This document shows positions 1 to 8,219 of a DNA stretch of 13,257 nt, one piece after another. Below the pieces are notes generated by a model that saw only the letters and a list, made by a program, of their open reading frames with translations, was not told where the DNA came from and did no database searches. Numbering within the stretch: the stretch's first letter is position 1; every line of letters begins with the position of its first letter. Source of the DNA: Desulfurococcaceae archaeon (GTDB lineage: Archaea; Thermoproteota; Thermoprotei_A; Sulfolobales; Desulfurococcaceae); NCBI GenBank assembly GCA_038888155.1, contig JAWAJB010000027.1, forward strand, positions 1-13,257. Direction: 5' to 3'. The translations under genes and the position numbers were made by a program.

Positions 1-294
1 CGCTAGCGTACTTGCTCTCCAAGCAGCTCTCACACCAATACTAGCTACAAGACCTGGGAAACTGAGAAGATTTTTAACTCTACTCAATATATTGCACAAG
101 ACTAAGAGAACCTTCCTGCTTTTGAACTTAATCCCCTTAAGCTTGCATGCAAGATCGAGCCAACCTCTAACAGGCGGCTCTAGGTACTGCCAAATATTTC
201 TAATCTTCAATCTATGAACTACATTAATTAAATACTCTTTTATGTAAGTTGTAGATGTGTATGAACTGTTAGGTAAGGGGACATATACGTTCAT
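1..294 (-). CDS. Hypothetical basic protein, 3'-truncated by the window edge (not in the ORF track)
   Basis: Manual translation from ATG at 294 (in-frame TAA at 301-303 upstream) is open for 98 codons to base 1: MNVYVPLPNSSYTSTTYIKEYLINVVHRLKIRNIWQYLEPPVRGWLDLACKLKGIKFKSRKVLLVLCNILSRVKNLLSFPGLVASIGVRAAWRASTLA. A TATA-like element lies ~26-33 nt upstream. Alternative start is TTG at 210. Confidence 0.75.
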   Translation of the reverse strand, partial: MNVYVPLPNSSYTSTTYIKEYLINVVHRLKIRNIWQYLEPPVRGWLDLACKLKGIKFKSRKVLLVLCNILSRVKNLLSFPGLVASIGVRAAWRASTLA

Positions 295-319
295 TATATA
301 TTATCGTATGTGCTAGCAG

Positions 320-332
320 TTTATATATTTTT
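320..332 (-). promoter_or_regulatory. Putative archaeal BRE/TATA box for the 294->1 gene
   Basis: Minus strand reads AAAAATATATAAA, ending 26 nt upstream of ATG 294. This spacing fits a (near-)leaderless archaeal transcript. Confidence 0.5.
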
Positions 333-373
333 ACACTAAATTTATACGTAAAAATAGACACAATCTACCAGCC

Positions 374-1963
374 TTAGAGCATGTAAATCGTGTTACCTGT
401 AGTAGAGTACACTAAATCCCATCCCATCAGCTTCTCTTTCCATCTTCCTGGAAGCTCGACGCCATATGGGCCGAGCACATAACCATTCTTCTCCATCGTT
501 CGATATGTTACTAGAAGCCCGTGAGAAGTACTTCCACAGTTCTCGGCTAGAAAGACGTAACCTTTCGCAGGGTCGACCTTTAAACCAAGATAGTCCCTAA
601 CTAGATATGCTACCTTCAAATCACCGTAAACCATTAAGTCTCCACCATACTTCTTGATCCAGAGAGCTTGTTGGAAATCTTGTGGAAGATAAAGCCATTG
701 ATAGCCTAGGTAGTTCTCTTGAAGAATAACGGCTGAATAGCTTTGCATAGATATAGCGGCCGCCGAAGATAATATGCATAAGATAGGAATCCACTGAAAA
801 ATACGCAACCTTCTATTACCTAGGATTGATGCGGCCGCCATAACTCCTAGGGCAGGGAGTATAAAGTTTAGAAGCCTGTACGTAAGCGTTAACGATATAT
901 TTGGCTCTGCGCCGAAAACAGCATAAGCTTCAAGTCCCAGCGTAGATGAAAGCCAGAACATTATAGGATACAGTCTCTTATCAACTTCGTTTTTCTTCAC
1001 ATTATACATTCCGATGACGGCGAGAAATCCTAGAAAGATGAACTGACATGCATAGAAGAAGACTTGCAAAGATAGCTGAGGGGCGCCGAGAATAAACGGT
1101 CTCACCTGATTAGATAGGAGGATTGCAAAGGTTGCTAAAACATCAAGTATCCATAGTATGAGGAGAAGCCTAGATACTGGTCTCGCAACAACATACAACA
1201 TCGATACAAATAATATTACTTGAAAAGCGGATACAGATAAGAAATCTGAGAAGTTTAGAGAAATCTTTAATCCATTCGAAGCATAGATAGCATAGTAAAT
1301 CGATCCAGCAGTAGCTAGGAAAATGAGCATAGTGAGCTTCCCACCTCCACTTATTTTATGCGATCTTGAGAGAAAGACTTCAGCAAAGAACAAGTTTAAC
1401 AATACCACTATCAGAACAATATATGTTAAATGGTGACCCATAATGACTGTAAGCGATGTAATCAAGAATCCAAGTAATCTTGGGATACTGCCTGGAAGTA
1501 GGAAGAAGTAAAGAGATGCTAGGAAAAGCATATTTGTGAAAGATTCTTTAGTCACACCTGCCGTGAAGATTGCATGTGGACCACCAGCAGCAAACAACAA
1601 TCCAGCCATGAAACTTAAAAAATCGTTGTCCGACAACCTCCTTACGATGAGGTATATCATCAGTGGGGTTAAGCTTGCTGTGAATGGAATAGTTATCCGC
1701 ATGGAATCTATAGGAGCTATCGAAAGAAGCTCGGAAGCAATTGCACCAAAAATCTGGCTGGCGGGCCAGTAAATATTATAGTCGTCAAAGTCTCCACCGC
1801 CCAACTGAGTTGGAGTATACTCAAGGATCTTTTCAGTGTTTCTCACCAAGGGCCACGAATCAGTTGAGAAGGGTAGGCCTGATATGAGGGTTGGGTAGAG
1901 ACGCACGAATACCGATGTGAAAAGTATTAGAATTACGTGAATAGAAGTTTTCTTCAAATGCAC
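374..1963 (-). CDS. Polytopic membrane protein, probable GT-C-fold glycosyltransferase/polymerase-like (DUF2206-like)
   Basis: 529 aa with roughly 12-13 hydrophobic helices. Acidic first loop after TM1 (PFSTDSWP...DFDDYNIYWP), a GHHLT motif and a small C-terminal soluble domain give an ArnT/PMT/AglB-like layout. GTG start abuts the TAG of the upstream permease, with SD GGAGGTG. The CDS is certain; the function is inferred. Confidence 0.6.
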   Translation of the reverse strand: MHLKKTSIHVILILFTSVFVRLYPTLISGLPFSTDSWPLVRNTEKILEYTPTQLGGGDFDDYNIYWPASQIFGAIASELLSIAPIDSMRITIPFTASLTPLMIYLIVRRLSDNDFLSFMAGLLFAAGGPHAIFTAGVTKESFTNMLFLASLYFFLLPGSIPRLLGFLITSLTVIMGHHLTYIVLIVVLLNLFFAEVFLSRSHKISGGGKLTMLIFLATAGSIYYAIYASNGLKISLNFSDFLSVSAFQVILFVSMLYVVARPVSRLLLILWILDVLATFAILLSNQVRPFILGAPQLSLQVFFYACQFIFLGFLAVIGMYNVKKNEVDKRLYPIMFWLSSTLGLEAYAVFGAEPNISLTLTYRLLNFILPALGVMAAASILGNRRLRIFQWIPILCILSSAAAISMQSYSAVILQENYLGYQWLYLPQDFQQALWIKKYGGDLMVYGDLKVAYLVRDYLGLKVDPAKGYVFLAENCGSTSHGLLVTYRTMEKNGYVLGPYGVELPGRWKEKLMGWDLVYSTTGNTIYML

Positions 1964-3160
1964 CTACACCTCCCTCAACCATTCGTCCAGAAGCTTGCTT
2001 AGCCCAAGCCATGCGCTAACAGCAGAAATGACCGTTACCGCTATAGCTATCGCAATGATTAGATCGAAGCTAAGTGATGGTTTCACAGTGTACGAGCCCA
2101 ACAATAAAAGACTATTCTCTGAGAAAACTATAGATAACGCACCGCCTAACACTAAGCCGAGAGTAACAGACAGGATAGAGAACGCAATGATGAGAGCGGT
2201 TAACGATGACATTAATTTCTTCTTCGAAGCACCGAGGCTGCTAAGTATAGCGAGTTCCCTTGAATGTGATGTAAAGACCAGTGAGATTGCTAAGTAGATT
2301 AGAAGGATACATCCTGAAATAACTAGGATGACGATACCCCATACGACGGCCTCGTTAATCCGTACATTCTTTTCAAGGAAGACCTTCATACTCTCCTCAG
2401 GGCTTCTAGCGACGTATTCTCCTACATGCTCTCTAGCCTCTGGAATGGTTAACAAACGTATAATGGATGGTTGTTCTATAGGTTGTTTTTCCTCAACTTT
2501 CTTCTCCCCGCGCAGAGAAAGTAGTAAATCTTCTTTCGACAACTTTTCTCCATCAATCTCAACCCTCAATAATGATATAGCATCTCTTGGCAATCCTCGA
2601 AGCCATTGTACAGCATAGATTGGAAGAATCAATTCATCGTCTAAAGACGAACCTGATTCAAAGACTCCCAAGATTTTCACTTCAAGAAAGCTATACGTAA
2701 AGGCTGAACGTAGAGTGATAAGATCTCCAACATCTACTTTGAGAAGTCTGGCAAGGTTACGTCCAATAACGGCGGACCAGGAATTACTCAGTTCAAAAGA
2801 ACCTCTAACAATCTTTATGTTGCAGATTTTTTGGAAAGACTCTGGATCAACACCCCTAACAATTATAGCGTCGTCTCCTACTAGAGCGGCAGCCACAACT
2901 TCTGGGCTAACGTTCTTGACACCTTCTACACTTCTAACCTTATCGTATAGAGGTAGAGGGATTACGCTTGTCTGCGGGGTTTTTGCATTTGCACCATAGA
3001 TAATTAAGACATTTTCTCCGCTACCCATCAACTCAATAGCTGTCTGATAAAGACCATTAAAAGAGGCAGAAGTAAAGAAAATTATCGCTGCTACTAAAGT
3101 AAACGTTATCAGGAAGGGAATTATCTTTCTGAGAGATATTACGGATATGTAAGCCGCCAT
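1964..3160 (-). CDS. ABC transporter permease, FtsX/MacB/LolC-E family
   Basis: 398 aa: N-terminal TM, MacB-like extracytoplasmic domain (VKNVSPEV, IIVRGVDP, AVIGRNLARLLKVDVGDLITL), then FtsX-type RELAILSSLGAS and 3 C-terminal TMs. GGAGG upstream of the ATG. Confidence 0.9.
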   Translation of the reverse strand: MAAYISVISLRKIIPFLITFTLVAAIIFFTSASFNGLYQTAIELMGSGENVLIIYGANAKTPQTSVIPLPLYDKVRSVEGVKNVSPEVVAAALVGDDAIIVRGVDPESFQKICNIKIVRGSFELSNSWSAVIGRNLARLLKVDVGDLITLRSAFTYSFLEVKILGVFESGSSLDDELILPIYAVQWLRGLPRDAISLLRVEIDGEKLSKEDLLLSLRGEKKVEEKQPIEQPSIIRLLTIPEAREHVGEYVARSPEESMKVFLEKNVRINEAVVWGIVILVISGCILLIYLAISLVFTSHSRELAILSSLGASKKKLMSSLTALIIAFSILSVTLGLVLGGALSIVFSENSLLLLGSYTVKPSLSFDLIIAIAIAVTVISAVSAWLGLSKLLDEWLREV

Positions 3161-4281
3161 GTTAGATCACTTAACCTCCTCCTCATTTCTTTAAAGGCAG
3201 GATAGATTACTCCGGCTGTAGATGAAAGTAGTGAAAAACCTATTAGCCAGACTAGATCTAAAGTATCAATGTTTGGAGGAGTATAAGATCCAGTTGATAA
3301 AATGATCGATACAAATCTAAAGATGACTTGGGCGGAGACTACTCCAAAAGATATTCCAACAAGAATTCCAAATACAGCTACAATAAAGCATCTATAAAAC
3401 AAGTATCTAAAGATCTTCCATCGTGAAGCCCCGATACATCGAATTATCGTGACATCTTTCTCCGAATCTCTCGTTATTCTGACAGAGACAACATACACAG
3501 CGGTAAGCACAAGAAGGTATATCGGGGTGGACCAGTTCCTTATAGAATTAAAGGTCTTCAAGATTAAGCTGTAAGCCGCTTGATAGAATGATCTCTCTTC
3601 AAGGACTTTGACGTCTAAGGAATACAATGTGGCAGGATTTATCTCCTCCGAACTTATAATTTCTATGAGCGAAATCCTGCCTAAAATATCTGGTCTAATA
3701 TCCCAGACTGTGGAGAGTGGTGCTAGCACTTCTTCATCTGATGGACATCTACAATCAATTATACTTGAAACTCTGAAATCTTTAAAATCTTCATCATGAG
3801 AGAAAATTCTTAAAAAAACACCTTTCTCAACACCAAATCTTCTTGCAATTAGAATCCCAATAGCAACTTCAGAACTAGAAGATGGGATATTTCCGTCAAC
3901 ATGGAACCTATTATGCTTAAAATATTCTTCCAGCCGATCAATCCCTCTGACCTTAATATCGAAGAGTTTGTCGTTAAAGAATGCTTTTGAATAGAATATG
4001 AGCTGGGGGAAGAATTTTTTGAAGCCTAATGAAACTAGTCGTTCAGTTAAGGAATAATCTAGAAAGCTTTCGTTCAAAGATTTCGCAGAAGCATTAATTA
4101 ATAAAAACCTCTCTTCTTCAAATTTAGGTAGCATGGTGTAGAGATTCTCAGAATATCCATTTGCTATCACGATAGGTGCTGAAGCAACCGTTAAGAGGAA
4201 ACCTATTGTTAGTATGTAGAGCATAGACTTACTTATATCGGCGATAACGCTTTTAAAAGCTAGATTCAATAGTGACGTCAA
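3139..4281 (-). CDS. ABC transporter permease, FtsX/MacB/LolC-E family
   Basis: 380 aa with the same 1+3 TM topology: KVRGID, VAIGILIARRFGVEKG, KDVTIIRCIGASRWKIFR, C-terminal GVIYPA. TTG start; overlaps the next permease by 22 nt. Confidence 0.9.
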   Translation of the reverse strand: MTSLLNLAFKSVIADISKSMLYILTIGFLLTVASAPIVIANGYSENLYTMLPKFEEERFLLINASAKSLNESFLDYSLTERLVSLGFKKFFPQLIFYSKAFFNDKLFDIKVRGIDRLEEYFKHNRFHVDGNIPSSSSEVAIGILIARRFGVEKGVFLRIFSHDEDFKDFRVSSIIDCRCPSDEEVLAPLSTVWDIRPDILGRISLIEIISSEEINPATLYSLDVKVLEERSFYQAAYSLILKTFNSIRNWSTPIYLLVLTAVYVVSVRITRDSEKDVTIIRCIGASRWKIFRYLFYRCFIVAVFGILVGISFGVVSAQVIFRFVSIILSTGSYTPPNIDTLDLVWLIGFSLLSSTAGVIYPAFKEMRRRLSDLTWRLTYP

Positions 4282-4319
4282 TCTAGATACCTTATAGTGT
4301 AGAGTTAGGTTATTAGTCT

Positions 4320-4350
4320 TTTTTATTAAAAATCAAAAATCTTTATTAAT
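4320..4350. promoter_or_regulatory. Divergent promoter region (back-to-back TATA-like boxes) between the permeases and the ABC ATPase
   Basis: 98 bp AT-rich spacer. On + strand, CAAAAATC precedes TTTATTAA (4342-4349), ~30 nt before ATG 4380. On - strand, TTTAATAA (4330-4323) lies ~42 nt before TTG 4281. Confidence 0.5.
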
Positions 4351-4379
4351 CGTGGGCTAAAAAGTTAAACAGAGCTTTA

Positions 4380-5066
4380 ATGGAGAATGATGATACCATA
4401 AAAGCAATTAAACTCATGGATGTCTGGAAAGCCTATAATCCGAATGACCCGGTCTTGAAAGGCGTAAATCTTGAAGTAGAAGTGGGAAGTTTCATATCTA
4501 TAAGAGGAAGATCCGGCTCAGGAAAATCTACTCTCTTAAGGATAATAGGGTTGATTGATCAACCGACAAGAGGGAAAGCAATAATCCTCGGAAACGATTC
4601 TTCAAAAATGAAGTGTGAAGAAGCATCTCAGCTAAGGTTGAAACATATAGGATTCGTATTTCAATCCTTTAACCTCATACCGTCTTTAACAGTCTTCGAA
4701 AACATAGAAATCCCACTAGCTTTAGCAGGTGTAAAGAAAGATGCGAGGCGGAGGAGGGTGATGGAGCTCCTGGAGAGCTTCGAGATGCTTAAATTTGCCG
4801 ACAGATACCCAAACCAGTTAAGTGGTGGGGAGCAACAACGAGTAGCAGTCTTGAGGGCGCTCGCCAACAATCCAGACATAATACTAGCTGATGAACCTAC
4901 CTCAAGTCTAGATGAAGAAAATAGTGAATTGTTAATTGAATTATTCAAACGTATTAACAAGGAGGAACTTGTAACCATAATCATAACGACAGTAAGTCGC
5001 GAGGAAGTTCTTCCAACGCATCATGACTACCTTCTTAAGAATGGGAAACTGACACCCCTACGTTAG
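4380..5066 (+). CDS. ABC transporter ATP-binding protein, LolD/MacB/FtsE (MJ0796-like) family
   Basis: Walker A GRSGSGKS, Q-loop IGFVFQSFNL, signature LSGGEQQR, Walker B IILADEP and D-loop TSSLD. The H-loop His is absent (IIITTVS). Confidence 0.95.
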   Translation: MENDDTIKAIKLMDVWKAYNPNDPVLKGVNLEVEVGSFISIRGRSGSGKSTLLRIIGLIDQPTRGKAIILGNDSSKMKCEEASQLRLKHIGFVFQSFNLIPSLTVFENIEIPLALAGVKKDARRRRVMELLESFEMLKFADRYPNQLSGGEQQRVAVLRALANNPDIILADEPTSSLDEENSELLIELFKRINKEELVTIIITTVSREEVLPTHHDYLLKNGKLTPLR

Positions 5067-6344
5067 AAAACTTCGGAACGGTCTAGGCATCGTGTCCACT
5101 TTCATGTTCTCTAGAACCTTAAGTAATTTTTCATGGGATTGATGCATTAGATAAGCTTCTTCTAGATTCTTTGCATCAAGCCATGGTTTTAGAGGAGATA
5201 ATACAATTACGTTCCCTCCAAGATTTGAAAACTCTGTAACTAGATTCTTAACGAAGTCTGAGTCTATGAGGATGCAGCCAACATAGATAACTGTCTTCTT
5301 ACCTTCTTCAAAAAACTTGCTCAAATATTTTAGGAAATCACTTAACCTCAGCTCAGTAATCTTCATGAAAGCCTTTGACCCGATTTCTCTAGAGATCTTT
5401 AATAATGTGTGAGCGGACTTTGGTTCGAAGAGTTCGTAAACACTCCACCTATTCGTTAAGTAATGCTCTAATACGTAGGCTAAAGCAAGCTTTAATGCTT
5501 CGCTAGGGTTGAGGTCGTTTCTGTCGATGATTACGTTACTACCATTCTTTACCATAATGCTTATCTGCAGCCCTTCTCTTAAAGCAAAAATGACGGTGGA
5601 TAGAAAGTATGCTGAGCACTCATCTCCCGTAATAGGACCATGAGCACGGACATCATATATTATCTTAGCCGATCCGTAAGATTCTTCAAGAAACTCTTTT
5701 ACATATATCTTTCTATGGCGGGCGGAAGCCTTCCAGTCTATAAACGAGATATCGTCTCCAACCTGATATTCTCTACTCCAAAGATACTCGAGGCCTCTAC
5801 CTCTTCTCTTTCCAGGATGGTCTCCGGCCCCAGCCCCCATCTCTTCTAATAAACTAAGTGCCTCTAGAATCCAGGGGTAGACACGTGGGTAAGCTTTAAG
5901 CCTTAATTGGATCGGTAGCTCCAAAGAGGCTTGGAAAAACTTGAAGAAATCGTATACCTTCGTCTTCAAGCTCGATAGTTCATAAACTCCGCTGAGTGTA
6001 GGTTTTATGGATAAAGTAACGACCGTCTCAGGCCGATCTATAATCTCTGGCTGGAAACTTATCCAGCTTTTTTCAACATCTATTTTGAATACTGCTTCTG
6101 ACCGGAATTTGATAAAAGCTTTCCCCTCACTCCCTGCCACCAACTTGAGATCTAGTGTCGAAGGCTCGATAACAGTTCTCTTAACCTTCCTAACCTTCTT
6201 TACCAGATCAAGTAACGCGGCCGAGACAAGAATTACTAAGATAAGAAAGCATACTGTCAGCATGATGTCCGAGAAAAGGATAGATAATGTTAAGAGTAGC
6301 GTCATGATTATTATAGTTTTTAACCCTCTTGGAGTGGGCTTCAA
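5058..6344 (-). CDS. DUF58 domain protein (MoxR-associated, vWA-like)
   Basis: Two N-terminal TMs, an Ig-like segment ending in AYPR, and the DUF58 motif GLEYLWSREYQVGDDISFIDWKASAR. Directly downstream of moxR with a TTGA overlap and SD GGAGGT. Confidence 0.92.
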   Translation of the reverse strand: MKPTPRGLKTIIIMTLLLTLSILFSDIMLTVCFLILVILVSAALLDLVKKVRKVKRTVIEPSTLDLKLVAGSEGKAFIKFRSEAVFKIDVEKSWISFQPEIIDRPETVVTLSIKPTLSGVYELSSLKTKVYDFFKFFQASLELPIQLRLKAYPRVYPWILEALSLLEEMGAGAGDHPGKRRGRGLEYLWSREYQVGDDISFIDWKASARHRKIYVKEFLEESYGSAKIIYDVRAHGPITGDECSAYFLSTVIFALREGLQISIMVKNGSNVIIDRNDLNPSEALKLALAYVLEHYLTNRWSVYELFEPKSAHTLLKISREIGSKAFMKITELRLSDFLKYLSKFFEEGKKTVIYVGCILIDSDFVKNLVTEFSNLGGNVIVLSPLKPWLDAKNLEEAYLMHQSHEKLLKVLENMKVDTMPRPFRSFLT

Positions 6345-7270
6345 TATAGTGGGACCTCCACTTCTTCAAGAATCTTTTGAATGAGGTTTTTGGCGGTTAA
6401 TCTATCTGTGAGATACTCGGGCTTTATCTTGATTCTATGTGATAAAACTGGAACCGCCAGCTTCTTAACATCGTCCGGTATAACGTACGATCTTCCCTCG
6501 AGAAAAGCTACGGCTCTACTTCCCTTATAAAGCCAGATACTTGCTCTGGGACTGGGAGGAGACTGTACTTCTTCAGCCGATCTCAACCTACCGACGAGGT
6601 CTAATATATACTTCTTAACATGCTCAGAGACTTTAACCAATCTAACTCGATCTACTAACGATGCAAGTTCTTCGGGAGAGGTTACAGGCTTGACAACAGG
6701 ATGTTCTAATTCATCTATCCTTGTAATTATCTCGAACTCCTCAGCCTGCTCTGGATAGCCAAAGTTAACACTGTAAGCAAACCTATCGATCTGCACGTTG
6801 GTGAGAGGGTATGTTCCTTCACCATAAGGGATTTGAGTAGCTATTACTATGAAGGGTCTCGGGAGCTCAAGCGTTGTACCCTCGATCGTGACCTGTCTCT
6901 CTTGCATGGCTTCTAGTAGGGCTGCCTGAGCTTTAGGAGTCGCCCGGTTGAGCTCATCAACCAGGACAACGTTTGCAAATATGGGCCCCTTCTTCAAGCT
7001 CCAGACACCTTTAACGATATCATAGTAAACTGTTCCGAGGATATCTGCTGGCAAGAGGTCGGGCGTCATCTGGATACGTTTAAAGGTTCCACCGATCACT
7101 TCAGCAAAAGTTTTTGCAATGAATGTCTTACCTGTTCCGGGTGGGCCTTCAAGAAGGATGTGTCCTTCAGTAAGCATGGCTATAAGCATTAGCTCAATGG
7201 TCTCTCTCATACCTATAATATGCTTCGAAACCTCTGCTATGACACGATTAATTATTGGTTTAGCGCTCAC
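6341..7270 (-). CDS. moxR: MoxR family AAA+ ATPase
   Basis: GHILLEGPPGTGKT (Walker A), RIQMTPDLLPADILG, GPIFANVVLVDELNRATPKAQAALLEAMQERQVT (Walker B), EGTYPL..QIDRF, SPRA, and GRSYVIPDDVK..VLSHR. Confidence 0.97.
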   Translation of the reverse strand: MSAKPIINRVIAEVSKHIIGMRETIELMLIAMLTEGHILLEGPPGTGKTFIAKTFAEVIGGTFKRIQMTPDLLPADILGTVYYDIVKGVWSLKKGPIFANVVLVDELNRATPKAQAALLEAMQERQVTIEGTTLELPRPFIVIATQIPYGEGTYPLTNVQIDRFAYSVNFGYPEQAEEFEIITRIDELEHPVVKPVTSPEELASLVDRVRLVKVSEHVKKYILDLVGRLRSAEEVQSPPSPRASIWLYKGSRAVAFLEGRSYVIPDDVKKLAVPVLSHRIKIKPEYLTDRLTAKNLIQKILEEVEVPLY

Positions 7271-8219
7271 TATGCATCTCCCTCCATAGCTTCTCCAATA
7301 CCTCTCTACTCCATGTTGGATTCCGAATTAATACTTTATCAACCTCACTTTCTTTATATTTGATAAACTTCTCCAACCTTAGCCTCAAAAGTACTAAAAC
7401 CACACCAATTATAAACGCATACCGTATCTCAAGTTGTGAGAAGAACTGGAGAAATGAGTTTAAGCTTTCTTTAACTATCGCAAATTTGCTCGGCTCCCAA
7501 TGGGAACGATCAATAAGGCATCTTCTGTTACTGATCAGTCTCTTAAAGAACTCAAAGTTCGACCCCCTAGATATCATGGAGTTTATCCAGAGACTTGAGT
7601 CAGAGATTACGATAAGTTTACCCTTACCCATCGCGATCTCACATACAACGGTTAGTGGTCCTCTGGGTTCACCCTCATCCCAAATACTATTTGAGTTAAC
7701 GTCAAGAAAAGCATAGAAACTGCTATATCCTATAGCTTTCTGACAGCCATCTATTGTTGTCGCATAATTTGCTACCACCTCACTAATGTTCATAGAAGGT
7801 ATGCGGATCTTCGGCAATACTGCTGCTCTATCCTTGAAAAGCGGATCCAATAATAATGAACCATTTAAACGTGGAGATACTTCAAGTAGCCGTAGAAGGG
7901 AATTCCCACTTCCAGATTCATCCATCAATATAGTAATTCCCCCGTTCTCGATAAATGATTTAATGAATTCCGCTTCGACTTTTTCAAATTCTCTCTCCGG
8001 ACCGATGATGAATAAAACATGTCTAGATGGTTCTGCGATCAGCCTCTCATCAATAATCGAGTCAAGATACTGGATATCCGTTTCAGATGAAAGCTTTGAA
8101 AAACCATTCCAGTAAGGATTATAAGGGTTAAAATCATCTAATGGAGGAACACTTATGATAAGTGATAATACTGCAATAATAGCTGCCATGAATCCAGCAA
8201 CTATTGCATAGATTCTCAT
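7260..8219 (-). CDS. DUF4350 domain membrane-anchored protein (GATase/GldG-like extracytoplasmic domain)
   Basis: N-terminal TM, DFNPYNPYWNGFS, LFIIGP, FIENGGITILMDE, GKGKLIVISDSSLWINSMI..SN, and a C-terminal TM. Adjacent to moxR. Start refined from GTG 8228 to ATG 8219 (ATGA overlap, SD GAGGTG). Confidence 0.85.
   Translation of the reverse strand: MRIYAIVAGFMAAIIAVLSLIISVPPLDDFNPYNPYWNGFSKLSSETDIQYLDSIIDERLIAEPSRHVLFIIGPEREFEKVEAEFIKSFIENGGITILMDESGSGNSLLRLLEVSPRLNGSLLLDPLFKDRAAVLPKIRIPSMNISEVVANYATTIDGCQKAIGYSSFYAFLDVNSNSIWDEGEPRGPLTVVCEIAMGKGKLIVISDSSLWINSMISRGSNFEFFKRLISNRRCLIDRSHWEPSKFAIVKESLNSFLQFFSQLEIRYAFIIGVVLVLLRLRLEKFIKYKESEVDKVLIRNPTWSREVLEKLWREMHSER

Noticed and set aside
3139-3160. 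Possible frameshifted single double-length permease
   Set aside because: Each ORF is a complete 4-TM unit and the second has its own ATG and SD. I saw no obvious slippery site.
1536-3799. Plus-strand ORFs 1536-1772, 1995-2297, 2328-2618, 2715-2999, 3608-3799
   Set aside because: Antisense shadows fully inside well-supported minus-strand genes. Ser/Thr/Ile-rich with no motifs.
4661-4984. Minus-strand 107-aa ORF
   Set aside because: Antisense to the conserved ABC ATPase core.
4282-5070. Invertible (phase-variable) cassette around the ABC ATPase
   Set aside because: No flanking inverted repeats seen by eye and no recombinase in the window.
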